A stretch of 32,000 nucleotides of DNA. It comes from Opitutia bacterium KCR 482. GTDB lineage: Bacteria; Verrucomicrobiota; Verrucomicrobiia; Opitutales; Intestinicryptomonadaceae. Of the stretch, positions 6,761 to 18,263 are shown in pieces. The notes beneath the pieces were generated by a model. The model was not told the origin of the DNA and made no database searches. It saw only the letters and a list, made by a program, of their open reading frames with translations. The DNA lies in the NCBI GenBank assembly GCA_029269845.2, contig CP149973.1, positions 1,650,001 through 1,682,000 on the forward strand, read 5' to 3'. The position numbers were made by a program, and so were the translations under genes. Numbering within the stretch: position 1 is the first letter of the stretch; the number at the start of each line of letters is the position of its first letter.

Positions 6761-7825
6761 ATGATAAGGTATATAGTATTGGCGATGGCGGTTGTTGCCG
6801 TTGGGCTGGGCGGGTGCTCGACGTCGGCGGTGGACGACGGCTCGTATCCGATGGGGGTGATGCTGCCCGCGAAGGGAGTCGGGGCGGCGGCTTCGGCGGA
6901 GGTCGTGCGCGGCATGGAGCTTGCCTGCGGCGAGATAAACGCGGCGGGCGGGCTTGACGGCATTCCGCTCAAATTGCTTGTGCGCGACTCTTCGACATTT
7001 TTGGAAAGTTTTGAATCGCTGCGCCGCGCGGGGGCGCGGGTGCTGAGCGTGGGCTTCGGGCGCGAGTGCATTGCCCAAAAGGCGTTTCTTTCGAAGCGCG
7101 ACGACGTTTTTGTAAACTTCATGTGTACATACCCGCCCGCCACGCTCGACATGCCGAACGCAACGCGCATATTCCTGAACGGGGCGCAGGCGGGCGACAT
7201 CATGGCGAAGGCGGTCGCGCGCGGGGAGGACAGGGACGTTCGGCTTGTCGTCATGAACGTCGACGACTACTTCGGCAAGGCGGACGCCGACTACCTTTCG
7301 TTCGACTTAAAACTCGACCGCACAAAACTCTACCGCGACGTTTTCGGCGCGGACGAGCGCGACTTCGACATTTTCGCCTCGCAGATAATGAGGCTCGACG
7401 CCGACTGCGTGTTTTACGTCGGCTACGGCGATTCGCTCGACGCGTTCGTGTCGGCGTTGGCTCGCGCGGGATACGGCAAAAAAATCGTGGCGAACTGCGG
7501 AATCGCGGCGTCTAAAATCCCCGCCCCGAAAGGCGTCGAACTGTGCATCGTGGAGACCGACTTTGCGCGGGGAACGCTCGGCGGCGAAAAAACGCGGGCG
7601 TTCGTTTCGGCGTATCGGGCGAAATACGGCACCGAGCCGACGTGGCTTGCGGCGTACGGGTACGATTCCGTCCGCATGCTTGCCGACGCGGCGAGGAAGT
7701 CGCGCTTCAACCCGTCGAAAATGCGCGACTGTTTCCGCAACACGTCCTGCGAGGGCGCGGCGGGGAAAATCGAGTTCGACAACTCGGCGGATTCGCTCTC
7801 GCAAATTTCGCTCGTAAAGCGGTAG
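6761..7825 (+). CDS. Periplasmic solute-binding lipoprotein, LivK/LivJ-like (type 1 periplasmic binding fold, branched-chain amino acid binding family)
   Basis: ATG 6761 gives MIRYIVLAMAVVAVGLGGCS, a signal peptide with an LGGC lipobox. ELACGEINAAGGLDGIPLKLLVRDS and AFVSAYRAKYGTEPTWLAAYGYDSVRMLADA match hallmark blocks of Leu/Ile/Val-binding-type proteins. The track start at 6596 adds an unlikely extension across the hairpin leader. Confidence 0.72.
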   Translation: MIRYIVLAMAVVAVGLGGCSTSAVDDGSYPMGVMLPAKGVGAAASAEVVRGMELACGEINAAGGLDGIPLKLLVRDSSTFLESFESLRRAGARVLSVGFGRECIAQKAFLSKRDDVFVNFMCTYPPATLDMPNATRIFLNGAQAGDIMAKAVARGEDRDVRLVVMNVDDYFGKADADYLSFDLKLDRTKLYRDVFGADERDFDIFASQIMRLDADCVFYVGYGDSLDAFVSALARAGYGKKIVANCGIAASKIPAPKGVELCIVETDFARGTLGGEKTRAFVSAYRAKYGTEPTWLAAYGYDSVRMLADAARKSRFNPSKMRDCFRNTSCEGAAGKIEFDNSADSLSQISLVKR

Positions 7826-7826
7826 A

Positions 7827-9551
7827 ATGGATTTCGGTCGGCGCGAGACATCGGGGCGGGGAACGCGTTTTTACACGCCGCTTCTTCCGTATTTGTGCGC
7901 GTTGATTGCGTCGTTTTTTGCGGCGGGAATTTTCGAAAATCTGCGGGAGTTTGCGGGCGCGTGTCTGTCGGTTGCCGCCGCGCTGTTCGTCGCCGAGTCG
8001 GGCGCGGCGTTGCTGGCGGACTGTTTCGAAATGCCCGAAAGCCGCGCGGCGGCTCTTCGGAAAATCCGCTTTGCGGCGCGGATAGTCGGGGTGTTCGCGC
8101 TGGGAGTGTGGTATTTTTATTTCCGCGTACCGCCGAATCCGCACGCCGACCTCGCGCCGCGGCGGGCGCGCGTGGAGGCTGTGATAGACGAGGTTTCGCG
8201 CGGAGTGAACGACTCCCGCTACGGAATCGCAACCATTACCAACGCGCCGTATTTTGCGCCGAACGCCGTAGGGCACAAAATGTGGTTTACCGTCTCCGAC
8301 GGGAAAAACGCGGCGACGCCCAACAAAAATTTTGTCGTTTCGCAAAAAGTTTCCTTCGACGGCGTGTTCTCTGCGGTCTACCCGTCCGAGCCGAAATCGC
8401 GCGGCTTCGGCGCGAACACGCCAGAGGGTAGGGCGTTCGAAAAATACCTCCGAAGCCGCTTCGTCTATTTCAAGATGTCGGCGCGGATTGCGGACGCGTC
8501 GGTGTTGGAGGGCGAAAGCATGCGCTTCGGCTTTTACGAAGCCGTGCGGAAATACGCCGAGCGTTCTCTTTCGGCGTTCCCGCGCGAATCGCAGGCGGAC
8601 GGCGAGGCGGCGCGGACGTATCGGGCGATGATTTTGGGCGACAAAAGCCTGCTCACCGAAGCCCAAAAGCGCGATTTCAGGGACACCGGCACGATGCACG
8701 TTTTCGCGATAAGCGGGCTTCATGTGGGCTTTGCCGCCGCCGTGCTTTACGGCGCTCTTGCGGCGGTCGGCGTAGGGCGGCGCTTTCAGCCGTTCGTTGC
8801 GCTGCCCGCGCTCTACCTCTACGTTTGCGCGTGCGGGGCGCGTCCGTCGGCAATGCGGGCGTTCGGAATGGTTGCCCTTGTGTGGCTTGCGCTTGCGTTC
8901 TCGCGCGGAATGCGCCCGTTCGGCGCGTTGGTGTTTGCGGCGGCAATAGCGGTCGTAGCTGCGCCGCAGACGGTTTTCGACGCGGGCTTCGGGCTTTCGT
9001 ACGCGATTGTGGCTTCGATATTCGTCTATTCCGTGCCGCTTTACGGGTACCTTTCGGGGCTTGGTCGGAGCGGGGTTTCGGACGGCAAAATTTCGGCTTT
9101 CGGGAGTTTTGCGTCGTGGGCGAAGTCGTATTTTCTCGGCGCGTTTTGCATATCGCTTGGGGCGATGTTCGCCGCCGCGCCTCTTGGAGCTCATTATTTT
9201 TCGTACTTTTCGCCGATGTCGGTTTTGTACTCGCCCGTGTTTGTGGGCGGCGCTGGGCTTGCGGTGGGGCTTGGCTTTGCGGGGTTTGCGCTGCCGAATT
9301 TTATTGCGGGCGTTCTCAACACCGTCGCGGCGTGGATAGTGGGCGCGATGTCCGCATGGGCGAAGTTCTGCGCGGAAATTTGGAGCGGCAGGGTCGATTT
9401 CCCCTTGCCGAACGCTCTTACGGCGTACTCTGCGGTGGCTGTTTTTCTTGTCGTTTCTGCGTACTGCGCCGACTTAAAAAACGCCTTTTTGAGATTCGGG
9501 CTTGCCCCGCTGCTCGCGGCGTCGATAATGCTTTTATTCGAAAATGTTTAG
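7827..9551 (+). CDS. comEC: ComEC/Rec2 family DNA internalisation channel protein (no metallo-beta-lactamase domain evident)
   Basis: Polytopic membrane protein carrying the ComEC signature FRDTGTMHVFAISGLHVGF. It starts 1 nt after the upstream stop. At 574 aa it ends soon after the competence domain. Confidence 0.85.
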   Translation: MDFGRRETSGRGTRFYTPLLPYLCALIASFFAAGIFENLREFAGACLSVAAALFVAESGAALLADCFEMPESRAAALRKIRFAARIVGVFALGVWYFYFRVPPNPHADLAPRRARVEAVIDEVSRGVNDSRYGIATITNAPYFAPNAVGHKMWFTVSDGKNAATPNKNFVVSQKVSFDGVFSAVYPSEPKSRGFGANTPEGRAFEKYLRSRFVYFKMSARIADASVLEGESMRFGFYEAVRKYAERSLSAFPRESQADGEAARTYRAMILGDKSLLTEAQKRDFRDTGTMHVFAISGLHVGFAAAVLYGALAAVGVGRRFQPFVALPALYLYVCACGARPSAMRAFGMVALVWLALAFSRGMRPFGALVFAAAIAVVAAPQTVFDAGFGLSYAIVASIFVYSVPLYGYLSGLGRSGVSDGKISAFGSFASWAKSYFLGAFCISLGAMFAAAPLGAHYFSYFSPMSVLYSPVFVGGAGLAVGLGFAGFALPNFIAGVLNTVAAWIVGAMSAWAKFCAEIWSGRVDFPLPNALTAYSAVAVFLVVSAYCADLKNAFLRFGLAPLLAASIMLLFENV

Positions 9552-10959
9552 GGAAATCAGAATATCCGATGCCGCCTCCGTCCGCGCGAATCTGGACGAT
9601 TCCGCGTACGGGCGTCTGCGCTCGATTTTCGCGTCGGGCGGGCGTGTGGGCGTTGCGTGTTCGGGCGGCGCGGATTCGGTTTTCCTTTTGCGCGTTTTGG
9701 CGGCGGAATTCGGCGCGGAAAATCTTGCGGTCTTGCATTTCAACCACAAAGTGCGCGCGGCTGCGGAAATCGACGAAAAGTTCGTTGAGTCTGAGTGCGC
9801 CAAGCTTGGCGCGGAGTTCGTTCGCGGCTCTCCCGACGAAACCCCGCGAGACCGCTCGGAGGGCGGCTTGCGGGCTTTGCGCCTTGCGTTTTTCGAAAAA
9901 AGCGCGGACGATTTGAAGCTTGCGGCGGTTGCCCAGGGGCACCACGCGGGCGACGTCGCCGAGACGCTCCTCATGCGGCTTGCCCGCGGCGCGGGCTTGG
10001 GCGGTCTCTGCGCTCCGCGCCCGATTTCGCGCCTGCGCGGGGTGGAGTATCTGCGCCCGATTCTGGGCATGTCGAAGCGCGAAATCGTCGCGGCGATGGT
10101 GTCTGCGGGGCTTGCGTGGCGCGAGGACGAATCGAACGCGGGGCTTGACTATTTCCGCAACAGGATAAGAAACGCGGTTTTGCCCGCGTTTGCGGAGGCG
10201 TCGCAGTACGACGTTTTCGCGGGGGCGGTGCGCTCTCGCGGGCTTTTGCAGGAGGACGCCGACGCGCTCGACGCCCTGTTTTCCGCCGAGTACGCCCGCG
10301 CAAACGCGGGGAAGCCGGACGGCGGCGGCGTGTTTTTGTCGGAGTCGATTTTGGCGCATGCGGCCTTTGTCCGCAGGGCGGTCGAAAAATTTTTGTCGGA
10401 GCGCGGGCTTTGCGTGAGGGCGTCGGCGGTCGATGCGTTCGTGCGCGGAATCGCCGCGCATGCGGACGCGCGTCTCGACGCGGGCGCGGTGTTTGTTGAT
10501 TTTTCGCCGCGCGACTTCTCTCTTTCGGCCGTCCCGAAAAAAACGGATTTCGAGCTTTCCGTGCGCGTCGGCGGAAGCGTCGCGCTTCCCGACGGTTCCG
10601 CGCTTTGCGCCCGCATTGTCGCCCTTTCGCCCGACCGCGCCGATTCCATAAAAAGCGGCGGCAACGACGACCGCGTTTCGGCGTATCTCAACCCGTCCGC
10701 GCTATGCGGAGGGGATTCGCTCCGCGTGCGCGCGCGCCGCGACGGCGACGCCTACGCGCCCGTCGGCAGGCGTTCCCCGAAAAAGCTGAAAACGCTCTTC
10801 GAGGGAAAAAAAACGCCGCGCCCGAAACGAATTTCCGCGCCCGTTGTCTGTAATTGCGCGGGGGAGATTCTGTGGGTGCGCGGGCTTGCCCCCGCCGATA
10901 AATTCAAATTGGCGGATTCCGCCGAGGCATTAGAATTGACCTTTTGCCGAACTGTATGA
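9544..10959 (+). CDS. tilS: tRNA(Ile)-lysidine synthetase
   Basis: PP-loop motif VACSGGADSVFLL, followed by AVAQGHHAGDVAETLLMRLARGAG and LRPILGMSKREI, in typical TilS order. It overlaps the comEC stop by 8 nt. The position immediately upstream of ftsH is a common arrangement. Confidence 0.85.
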   Translation: MFREIRISDAASVRANLDDSAYGRLRSIFASGGRVGVACSGGADSVFLLRVLAAEFGAENLAVLHFNHKVRAAAEIDEKFVESECAKLGAEFVRGSPDETPRDRSEGGLRALRLAFFEKSADDLKLAAVAQGHHAGDVAETLLMRLARGAGLGGLCAPRPISRLRGVEYLRPILGMSKREIVAAMVSAGLAWREDESNAGLDYFRNRIRNAVLPAFAEASQYDVFAGAVRSRGLLQEDADALDALFSAEYARANAGKPDGGGVFLSESILAHAAFVRRAVEKFLSERGLCVRASAVDAFVRGIAAHADARLDAGAVFVDFSPRDFSLSAVPKKTDFELSVRVGGSVALPDGSALCARIVALSPDRADSIKSGGNDDRVSAYLNPSALCGGDSLRVRARRDGDAYAPVGRRSPKKLKTLFEGKKTPRPKRISAPVVCNCAGEILWVRGLAPADKFKLADSAEALELTFCRTV

Positions 10960-10977
10960 TAGCTTTTAATCTTTCAA

Positions 10978-13020
10978 ATGGACAATAGAGACAAGAATTC
11001 GGGATTTTCCAAACTGCCAAACAAGCCGTACTTTGTGTGGCTGCTGGTAATCTGCGCGGTGGTGTTTCTTGTGTCGCTCCCGCGCGGCGCGGGCGGCGGG
11101 CAAACGCAGGAGCTTGATGTGCGCAAACTCATGCATGCCGTCGAAAACGACACAATCGCTTCGATGACCGTGCGCAACGACCCAACCGCGGGCAAAGACT
11201 GGTACGTAATAGAGGGGAAAATCAAGAACCCGACTTTCGGCAAGGAGGGCGCGGACGCCAACACCCCGCGCACGCTTCCGTTCGTTTTCAACGGCCGCAT
11301 AACCGACGAAATGTACAAAAAACTTTCCGACCCCGCCGCCCCGTGGGATTTGAAGGAAGTTCCCGCAAGCACTTTCTGGGGCAGCATGGTGATGTCGGTT
11401 CTGCCTTTCGTGATTGTCGTGGGCTTTCTGTATTTCTTTTTCATGCGCCAGATGCGCGGCGCGGGCAAGGGCGCGATGTCGTTCGGCAAAAGCCGCGCGC
11501 GCCTGCTTACGCCAGACAAGGACAGAATCACTTTCGCCGACGTCGCGGGCTGCGACGAATCCAAGGAGGAGGTTTCCGAAATTGTCGAATTTCTGAAAAA
11601 TCCGCAGCGTTTCAAGGACATCGGCGCGAGAATCCCCAAGGGCATTCTGATGGTTGGCCCTCCCGGAACGGGCAAGACGCTTCTTGCCCGCGCAGTCGCG
11701 GGAGAGGCGGACGTTCCGTTCTTTTCGATAAGCGGTTCGGATTTTGTGGAAATGTTCGTGGGCGTCGGCGCGGCGAGGGTTCGCGACATGTTCGAGCAGG
11801 CCCGCAAGGCGGCTCCGTGCCTTGTGTTCATCGACGAAATCGACGCCGTGGGACGCCAGCGCGGCGCGGGTCTAGGCGGCGGCAACGACGAGCGCGAGCA
11901 GACTCTCAATTCGCTGCTCGTCGAAATGGACGGCTTCGACTCCCGCACGGGCATAATAATCATCGCCGCGACCAACCGCCCCGACGTTCTCGACAACGCG
12001 CTTCTGCGCCCCGGACGCTTCGACAGGCAGGTTGTAATCGACCTTCCCGACGTGAACGGGCGCGAGGAGATTCTGAAAATCCACGCAAAAAAAATCAAAC
12101 TTTCGGACGGCGTGGATTTGTCGAAAATCGCCCGCATGACCCCCGGCTGTTCGGGCGCGGATTTGGCGAACCTGCTCAACGAAAGCGCGATTATCGCCGC
12201 CAGAAGGAGCGAAAAAACCGTCTCGGAAGCCGACATCGACGAGGCTCGCGACAAGGTCTTCTTCGGGCGCGAACGCAAAAAACTCATGGACGCCGACGAG
12301 AAAAAACTTACCGCATACCACGAGGCGGGGCATGCGCTCATTCAGGCGATTGTCGACAACGGCAGACTGCCCGTCCACAAGGTGACGATTATTCCGCGCG
12401 GACAGAGCTTGGGTTCCACAATGTTCATTCCCTCGCGCGATATCCGCACCGAAAGCAAGACGTCGCTTCTTAACAACATCTGCACGAGCCTCGGCGGGCG
12501 CGTGGCGGAGGAGCTTGTGCTCTCCGACATCACAAACGGCGCGGCGGCGGACATCAAGCAGGCTACGAAAGTCGCCCGCAAAATGGTCTGCGACTGGGGC
12601 ATGAGCGACCTCGGCCCGATTTCATTCGGCGAAAATCAGGACCACATTTTCATTGGGCGCGAAATCGCCCGCGAGGAGCGCGTCAGCGAGCGCACCGCAA
12701 TGGAAATCGACGAAAGCGTAAAGGCGATTATCGACGGACAGCTCGCGCGGGCGCGGAAAATCGTCTCCGACAACCGCGGGAAGCTCGACACAATCGCGAA
12801 CGAGCTTTTGATTCGCGAGACAATCGACGGCGCGGACGTCTACAAAATCGTGGACGGAACTTTCACCCCGACCGACAGGGAGCAGTGGGAGTGCGAGCAG
12901 GCGGAAAAGCTTGCCGCCAAGCGGAAAGCCGCCGCGAATCCCGACGCGGAGCGGAAGCCCGAAGCCGCCGACGGCGCGGAAACGGACGCCTCGGACGCGT
13001 CGCCCGAAGCCGCGTCTTAG
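10978..13020 (+). CDS. ftsH: ATP-dependent zinc metalloprotease FtsH
   Basis: Two N-terminal TM segments; Walker [19 protein letters not shown]; Walker [11 protein letters not shown]; second region of homology [19 protein letters not shown]; zinc motif HEAGHAL. Confidence 0.97.
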   Translation: MDNRDKNSGFSKLPNKPYFVWLLVICAVVFLVSLPRGAGGGQTQELDVRKLMHAVENDTIASMTVRNDPTAGKDWYVIEGKIKNPTFGKEGADANTPRTLPFVFNGRITDEMYKKLSDPAAPWDLKEVPASTFWGSMVMSVLPFVIVVGFLYFFFMRQMRGAGKGAMSFGKSRARLLTPDKDRITFADVAGCDESKEEVSEIVEFLKNPQRFKDIGARIPKGILMVGPPGTGKTLLARAVAGEADVPFFSISGSDFVEMFVGVGAARVRDMFEQARKAAPCLVFIDEIDAVGRQRGAGLGGGNDEREQTLNSLLVEMDGFDSRTGIIIIAATNRPDVLDNALLRPGRFDRQVVIDLPDVNGREEILKIHAKKIKLSDGVDLSKIARMTPGCSGADLANLLNESAIIAARRSEKTVSEADIDEARDKVFFGRERKKLMDADEKKLTAYHEAGHALIQAIVDNGRLPVHKVTIIPRGQSLGSTMFIPSRDIRTESKTSLLNNICTSLGGRVAEELVLSDITNGAAADIKQATKVARKMVCDWGMSDLGPISFGENQDHIFIGREIAREERVSERTAMEIDESVKAIIDGQLARARKIVSDNRGKLDTIANELLIRETIDGADVYKIVDGTFTPTDREQWECEQAEKLAAKRKAAANPDAERKPEAADGAETDASDASPEAAS

Positions 13021-13039
13021 AGCTTCGATTTTGCAATTC

Positions 13040-13077
13040 AAAAAAGCCTTTCGGACGGAATCCGAAAGGCTTTTTTT
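13040..13077. terminator. Bidirectional rho-independent terminator between convergent ftsH and the Tsr3-like gene
   Basis: AAAAAA-GCCTTTCGGA-CGGAA-TCCGAAAGGC-TTTTTTT. The stem is a perfect 10 bp, flanked by an A-tract and a T-tract. Confidence 0.85.
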
Positions 13078-13095
13078 GTGCCCGATTTGCGCGGC

Positions 13096-13590
13096 TTATT
13101 CGAAGCGGTAGAAGCGTTCGGGAGTGTCGAAAAATCCGTCGGGGGCGTCGGACAGCCACCCGTTAAGCTGCAAAAACTTCGGCGCAAACATGTAGCCGCG
13201 CAAAATTTCGATGTCGGGCGTTCCCGCGAATTTCAGCGCGGCGTAGAGCGCCTCTACGGTCGCGAGTCCGTGCGGGTCGGAGTGCATTTTGGACACGCGC
13301 GGATACGCCGTCTTTATCGAGGGCGGCAGCGAGCGCGACACAAAATTCCCGAAGACTTTGTTGCGTATGCGCGGCAGCAAATGCCATGTGGAGTCGAGCA
13401 AAAGCACGGGTCGGTCGGCGTCGGCGGGCGACATCTCTGGCGCGCCGATTTCGAGCAGGGTGAAGCCCGACGCGTCGAACGAAAATCCGTCGGTTGCCGC
13501 CAGAAATTCGAAGTTCGGGCGGCCGTGCAAATGGCGTAGGGAGCACTTTTTCAGGTTCTCGCGCGGGTGTCTTATCACGACGACGTTCAT
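13096..13590 (-). CDS. DTW-superfamily protein, Tsr3/DUF367-like putative aminocarboxypropyl (acp) transferase
   Basis: Starting at ATG 13590 (MNVVVIRHPRENLKKCSLRHL), the motif order matches Tsr3-type enzymes as I remember them: KKC[ST] near the N-terminus, LLLDSTWH (DTW-type motif), SRSLP, ATVEALYAALKFAG, then F..LN near the C-terminus. The upstream extension to 13701 is basic and low-complexity, so I trimmed it. Confidence 0.55.
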   Translation of the reverse strand: MNVVVIRHPRENLKKCSLRHLHGRPNFEFLAATDGFSFDASGFTLLEIGAPEMSPADADRPVLLLDSTWHLLPRIRNKVFGNFVSRSLPPSIKTAYPRVSKMHSDPHGLATVEALYAALKFAGTPDIEILRGYMFAPKFLQLNGWLSDAPDGFFDTPERFYRFE

Positions 13591-13713
13591 TGCCGCGTTT
13601 TTTTCATTCCCCGCGCCGATTGTCGAGCGTTTTTTTGCGCCGCAAGTCCTTATTTTTTGCTTGTGGGAGGGCGGCTTTTCGTATTCTAATCTGCGACGCA
13701 TTTTTTTACATTT

Positions 13714-14937
<1,224 letters not shown>

Positions 14938-14940
14938 AAG

Positions 14941-15852
14941 ATGTCGGAAAAACTTTTGGTTATAGGGTCGGTCGCCTACGACTGCATCGAAACTCCCGAC
15001 GATTCCGCCGACTTCATTCTCGGCGGGTCGGCGAGCTACGCGGCGCTGGCGGCGTCCTACTTCGCGCCGACAATCATCTCGGCGGTCGTTGGGAACGACT
15101 TCAAGGAATCCGACATCAAGCGCCTCACCGCGCGTTCGGTGGACATCTCGAACCTCCAATTCGACTCCGCAAAGCCCACGTTTTTCTGGCGCGGAAAATA
15201 CCACGAAAACTTCAACTCGCGCGAGACGCTCGACGTGCGCCTGAACGCGTACGAAGATTTCAAACCCGCTCTCGACGAAAACGCGCGCAACGCTGGCTTT
15301 GTGCTGCTGGGCAACATTTCGCCCGCGGTGCAGTCGGCGGTTCTCGACTTGGTGCGCGAGCCGAAGTTTGTCGTGCTCGACACGATGGACTTGTGGATAG
15401 GCACGGAGCGCGACGCGCTTATGAAGCTCGTGCGCCGCTGCGACCTGCTTATCGTCAACGACTCCGAGGCGAAAATGCTCGCCGACACAAGCAACATAAT
15501 AGTTGCGGGCAACACCCTGCTTAAACTCGGCGCAAAAAGCGCGATTGTAAAGACGGGAGAATACGGAGCAATGCTCTTCCACAAAGACGGATTCTTTGCG
15601 ATTCCCGCCTATCCCGTGGCGTCGCTCCACGACCCGACGGGCGCGGGCGACTCTTTTGCGGGCGCGTTGGCTGGCTACCTTGCGGGCTGCGGAAAGACCG
15701 ACTTTGCGTCGATAAAGCTCGGCATGCTCGCGGGGGCGGCGACGGCGTCGATGACGGTCGAGTCGTTCTCGTGCTACAAGCTCGAAGAAAACGGGCTGGA
15801 CGAAATCGAAAGACGCTGCGAATACATCAAAAAAATATCGCAAATACAATGA
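14941..15852 (+). CDS. PfkB-family carbohydrate/nucleoside kinase (ribokinase-like fold), substrate unknown
   Basis: N-terminal GS..YD and GGSASYAA block, plus the C-terminal PfkB signature [17 protein letters not shown]. Its stop overlaps the proA start (ATGA). Confidence 0.85.
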   Translation: MSEKLLVIGSVAYDCIETPDDSADFILGGSASYAALAASYFAPTIISAVVGNDFKESDIKRLTARSVDISNLQFDSAKPTFFWRGKYHENFNSRETLDVRLNAYEDFKPALDENARNAGFVLLGNISPAVQSAVLDLVREPKFVVLDTMDLWIGTERDALMKLVRRCDLLIVNDSEAKMLADTSNIIVAGNTLLKLGAKSAIVKTGEYGAMLFHKDGFFAIPAYPVASLHDPTGAGDSFAGALAGYLAGCGKTDFASIKLGMLAGAATASMTVESFSCYKLEENGLDEIERRCEYIKKISQIQ

Positions 15853-17105
15853 GCGAAGTTCTCGAAATTGCAAAGCGCGCCCGCGCGGCGTCGCTTAAAC
15901 TTGCGTCGTACTCCTCCGAAGCGAAGAACGCCGCGATAGAAAAAATCGCCGACGCCGTGCTTGCGCGCGCCGACGAAATCAAGGCGGCGAACGCCCTCGA
16001 CGTGGAGGCGGCGCGGGGGAAAATCTCCGCGCCCATGCTCGAACGCCTTTCGCTGAACGACAAAAAAATCGCCGCAATGGCGGAGGGCGCAAGGCAGGTC
16101 GCCAAGCTCCCCGATCCCGTCGGCGAGATAATCGAATCGACCGTGCGCCCCAACGGACTGCGCATAGACAAGGTTCGCGTGCCGATAGGCGTAATCGGAA
16201 TCATCTACGAAAGCCGCCCGAACGTCACGGTAGACTGCGCGGTGCTCTGCCTAAAAAGCGGCAACGCGTCGATTCTGCGCGGCGGCAGCGAATGCTTCAA
16301 AACAAACGGCGTGCTTGCGGAAATCATTTCCGAGGCCCTCGCGGCTTCGGGGCTTGACCCCGACTGCGCCCAAATGATTCCCACAACCGATCGCGCCGCT
16401 TTCGGCGAGCTTTTAAAGCTCGACAAATACGTTCACTGCATAATTCCCAGAGGCGGCGAAAAACTCATCAGGTTCGTCGTGGAAAACTCGTCGATACCCG
16501 TGGTCAAGCACTACAAGGGCGTCTGCACGGTTTATGTGGACAAGTCAGCCGACCCCGACATGGCGGAGAAACTTTTGGTAAACGCAAAATGCCAGCGTCC
16601 GAGCGTCTGCAACGCGGCGGAAAACCTGATTGTGCACGCGGACGTAGCGGAGGCGCTTCTGCCGAGGCTCGCAAACGCGCTCGTCTCGCGCGGAGTGGAA
16701 TTCCGCGCCTCCGAGCGTTGCGCTCCGATTCTCTCCCGCGCGGGCGTTCCGTTCGTCCCCGCGACGGAGGAGGATTTTTCGACCGAATACATCGACCTCA
16801 TTATTTCGGCGGACATCGTCGATTCCGTGGACGCGGCGGCGGATTTCGTCAACAAATACGGATCGGGGCACTCCGACCTGATTGTGACGGCAGACTCAGC
16901 GGCTGCGGAGGAATTTCTGAACAAAACGGACTCCGCCACTGTCTATTGGAACGCGTCCACGCGCTTCACCGACGGCTTCGAGTTCGGCTTCGGGGCGGAA
17001 ATCGGAATTTCCACCGACAAGCTCCACGCGCGCGGGCCGATGGGCTTGAAGGAGCTGTGCTCCTACAAGTACAAAATCTACGGCAACGGTCAGACGAGAG
17101 GCTAA
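15849..17105 (+). CDS. proA: Gamma-glutamyl phosphate reductase
   Basis: ATG 15849 gives [19 protein letters not shown], a typical ProA N-terminus. Also [39 protein letters not shown], and [33 protein letters not shown] at the C-terminus. Confidence 0.93.
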   Translation: MSEVLEIAKRARAASLKLASYSSEAKNAAIEKIADAVLARADEIKAANALDVEAARGKISAPMLERLSLNDKKIAAMAEGARQVAKLPDPVGEIIESTVRPNGLRIDKVRVPIGVIGIIYESRPNVTVDCAVLCLKSGNASILRGGSECFKTNGVLAEIISEALAASGLDPDCAQMIPTTDRAAFGELLKLDKYVHCIIPRGGEKLIRFVVENSSIPVVKHYKGVCTVYVDKSADPDMAEKLLVNAKCQRPSVCNAAENLIVHADVAEALLPRLANALVSRGVEFRASERCAPILSRAGVPFVPATEEDFSTEYIDLIISADIVDSVDAAADFVNKYGSGHSDLIVTADSAAAEEFLNKTDSATVYWNASTRFTDGFEFGFGAEIGISTDKLHARGPMGLKELCSYKYKIYGNGQTRG

Positions 17106-18263
17106 ATGGAGGACGATTCCGAAAAAGGCGAACCGCGCATTCTCCGCAAAGACGGCGAAGAAATCGAAATAGTGTACGCCGACGCGGGCGACGAAATAGA
17201 AATCGGCGAGGACGAGGAGGTCGAGTTTATCGAGCTTCCGCCGCCGCCTTTCGGCGCGTTCCCGCCAGAATTTGCGCCCTCCCGCCCGCAGGAGGTCCGT
17301 CCGCGCCCGAAACCGCAGACGGGGCGCGGCCGCAACCTCAACATAAAAAAAACTTCGAAAAAGTCCGCGGAAACCGCGCCTGCTGAGTCGGACTCGACTG
17401 GCGGAAAACCCTTCCGCGCAAACATAAGACCCGATGAAGCGCAGCCCGCGCGGCATTCGGGCAGGCTTGCGGCGTTTTTCAAATTCTTCCTTGCCGCGGC
17501 CGTTTGCCTTGCGGGAATCGCCGCGTGCGGCTACGCAATTTTCATCTTCCACGAAAAGCTCGCGTCGTCGTCCGTCGCGGAATCCGCCGAAGCGTCGGCA
17601 AATTCGGGCGGCATCGCCGACAAAAAGGCGAACGCGGTTGTCCGCAGTTTCTACGAATTTTCGGGCGGATTGGCGACGTCGGCGGAGTTCCGCGACATGC
17701 TCGTAAAGGGCGTCGTGAAATCGGGCGGCGCGGAGAAAAGCTTTTACGGAATCAGGCGTCCGAACGGGCGCACCTACGCAAAGCTGGGCGACACCCGCGC
17801 GTACTTCGCCGAAAGGCTCGGCGCGGGCGTGTTCCTTCTGCGCGACATGCGCGTTTCGGGCGCGCGGGAGAAACTTTCGGGGCGCGACGCGCTGTTTGTT
17901 CGCACCATGACGCTCTTCGACGAACCGCTGTTTTCCGCGTTTTTCCCGCAGTCGGAAAACGCCGACGACAGCTCCGCGGTGTCCTACGCGGGCGCGGAGA
18001 TTTTCGACGGGCGCGACGCCGAAGTTGTGGCCGTCGAAAACGGGGCGGTGAAAACCCGCTACTTCTTCGCCGCCGCAAGCGGCGAGATGCTCGCGGCGGA
18101 ATATTCCGACGGTTCGCAAAAGGCGCTCGTCAAATTTTCCGACTACCGCGCGGAGAACGGCGTGAAGTTTCCGCTCAAAAAGGAGGTTTTTGCGGGCGGG
18201 AAAAAGATTTTCGAAATGTCGCTCGACTTGGCGATACGCAACAGGGGCTTCCTGTTCCCGTAG
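17106..18263 (+). CDS. Hypothetical single-pass membrane protein (acidic, then Pro-rich and basic N-terminus, one TM, about 240-aa extracytoplasmic domain)
   Basis: ATG directly follows the proA stop codon. The N-terminus is acidic (EEIEIVYADAGDEIEIGEDEEVEFIE), followed by a Pro/Arg-rich linker and the TM segment LAAFFKFFLAAAVCLAGIAACGYAIFIF. Composition is ordinary, whereas the antisense ORF is Arg-rich. No family recognised. Confidence 0.6.
   Translation: MEDDSEKGEPRILRKDGEEIEIVYADAGDEIEIGEDEEVEFIELPPPPFGAFPPEFAPSRPQEVRPRPKPQTGRGRNLNIKKTSKKSAETAPAESDSTGGKPFRANIRPDEAQPARHSGRLAAFFKFFLAAAVCLAGIAACGYAIFIFHEKLASSSVAESAEASANSGGIADKKANAVVRSFYEFSGGLATSAEFRDMLVKGVVKSGGAEKSFYGIRRPNGRTYAKLGDTRAYFAERLGAGVFLLRDMRVSGAREKLSGRDALFVRTMTLFDEPLFSAFFPQSENADDSSAVSYAGAEIFDGRDAEVVAVENGAVKTRYFFAAASGEMLAAEYSDGSQKALVKFSDYRAENGVKFPLKKEVFAGGKKIFEMSLDLAIRNRGFLFP

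Noticed and set aside
10894-10901. GCCGATAA sigma-28 type -10 element upstream of ftsH
   Set aside because: There is no TAAA-like -35 element at the required spacing of about 15 nt, and the site lies inside the tilS coding sequence. A single 8-mer match is not sufficient.
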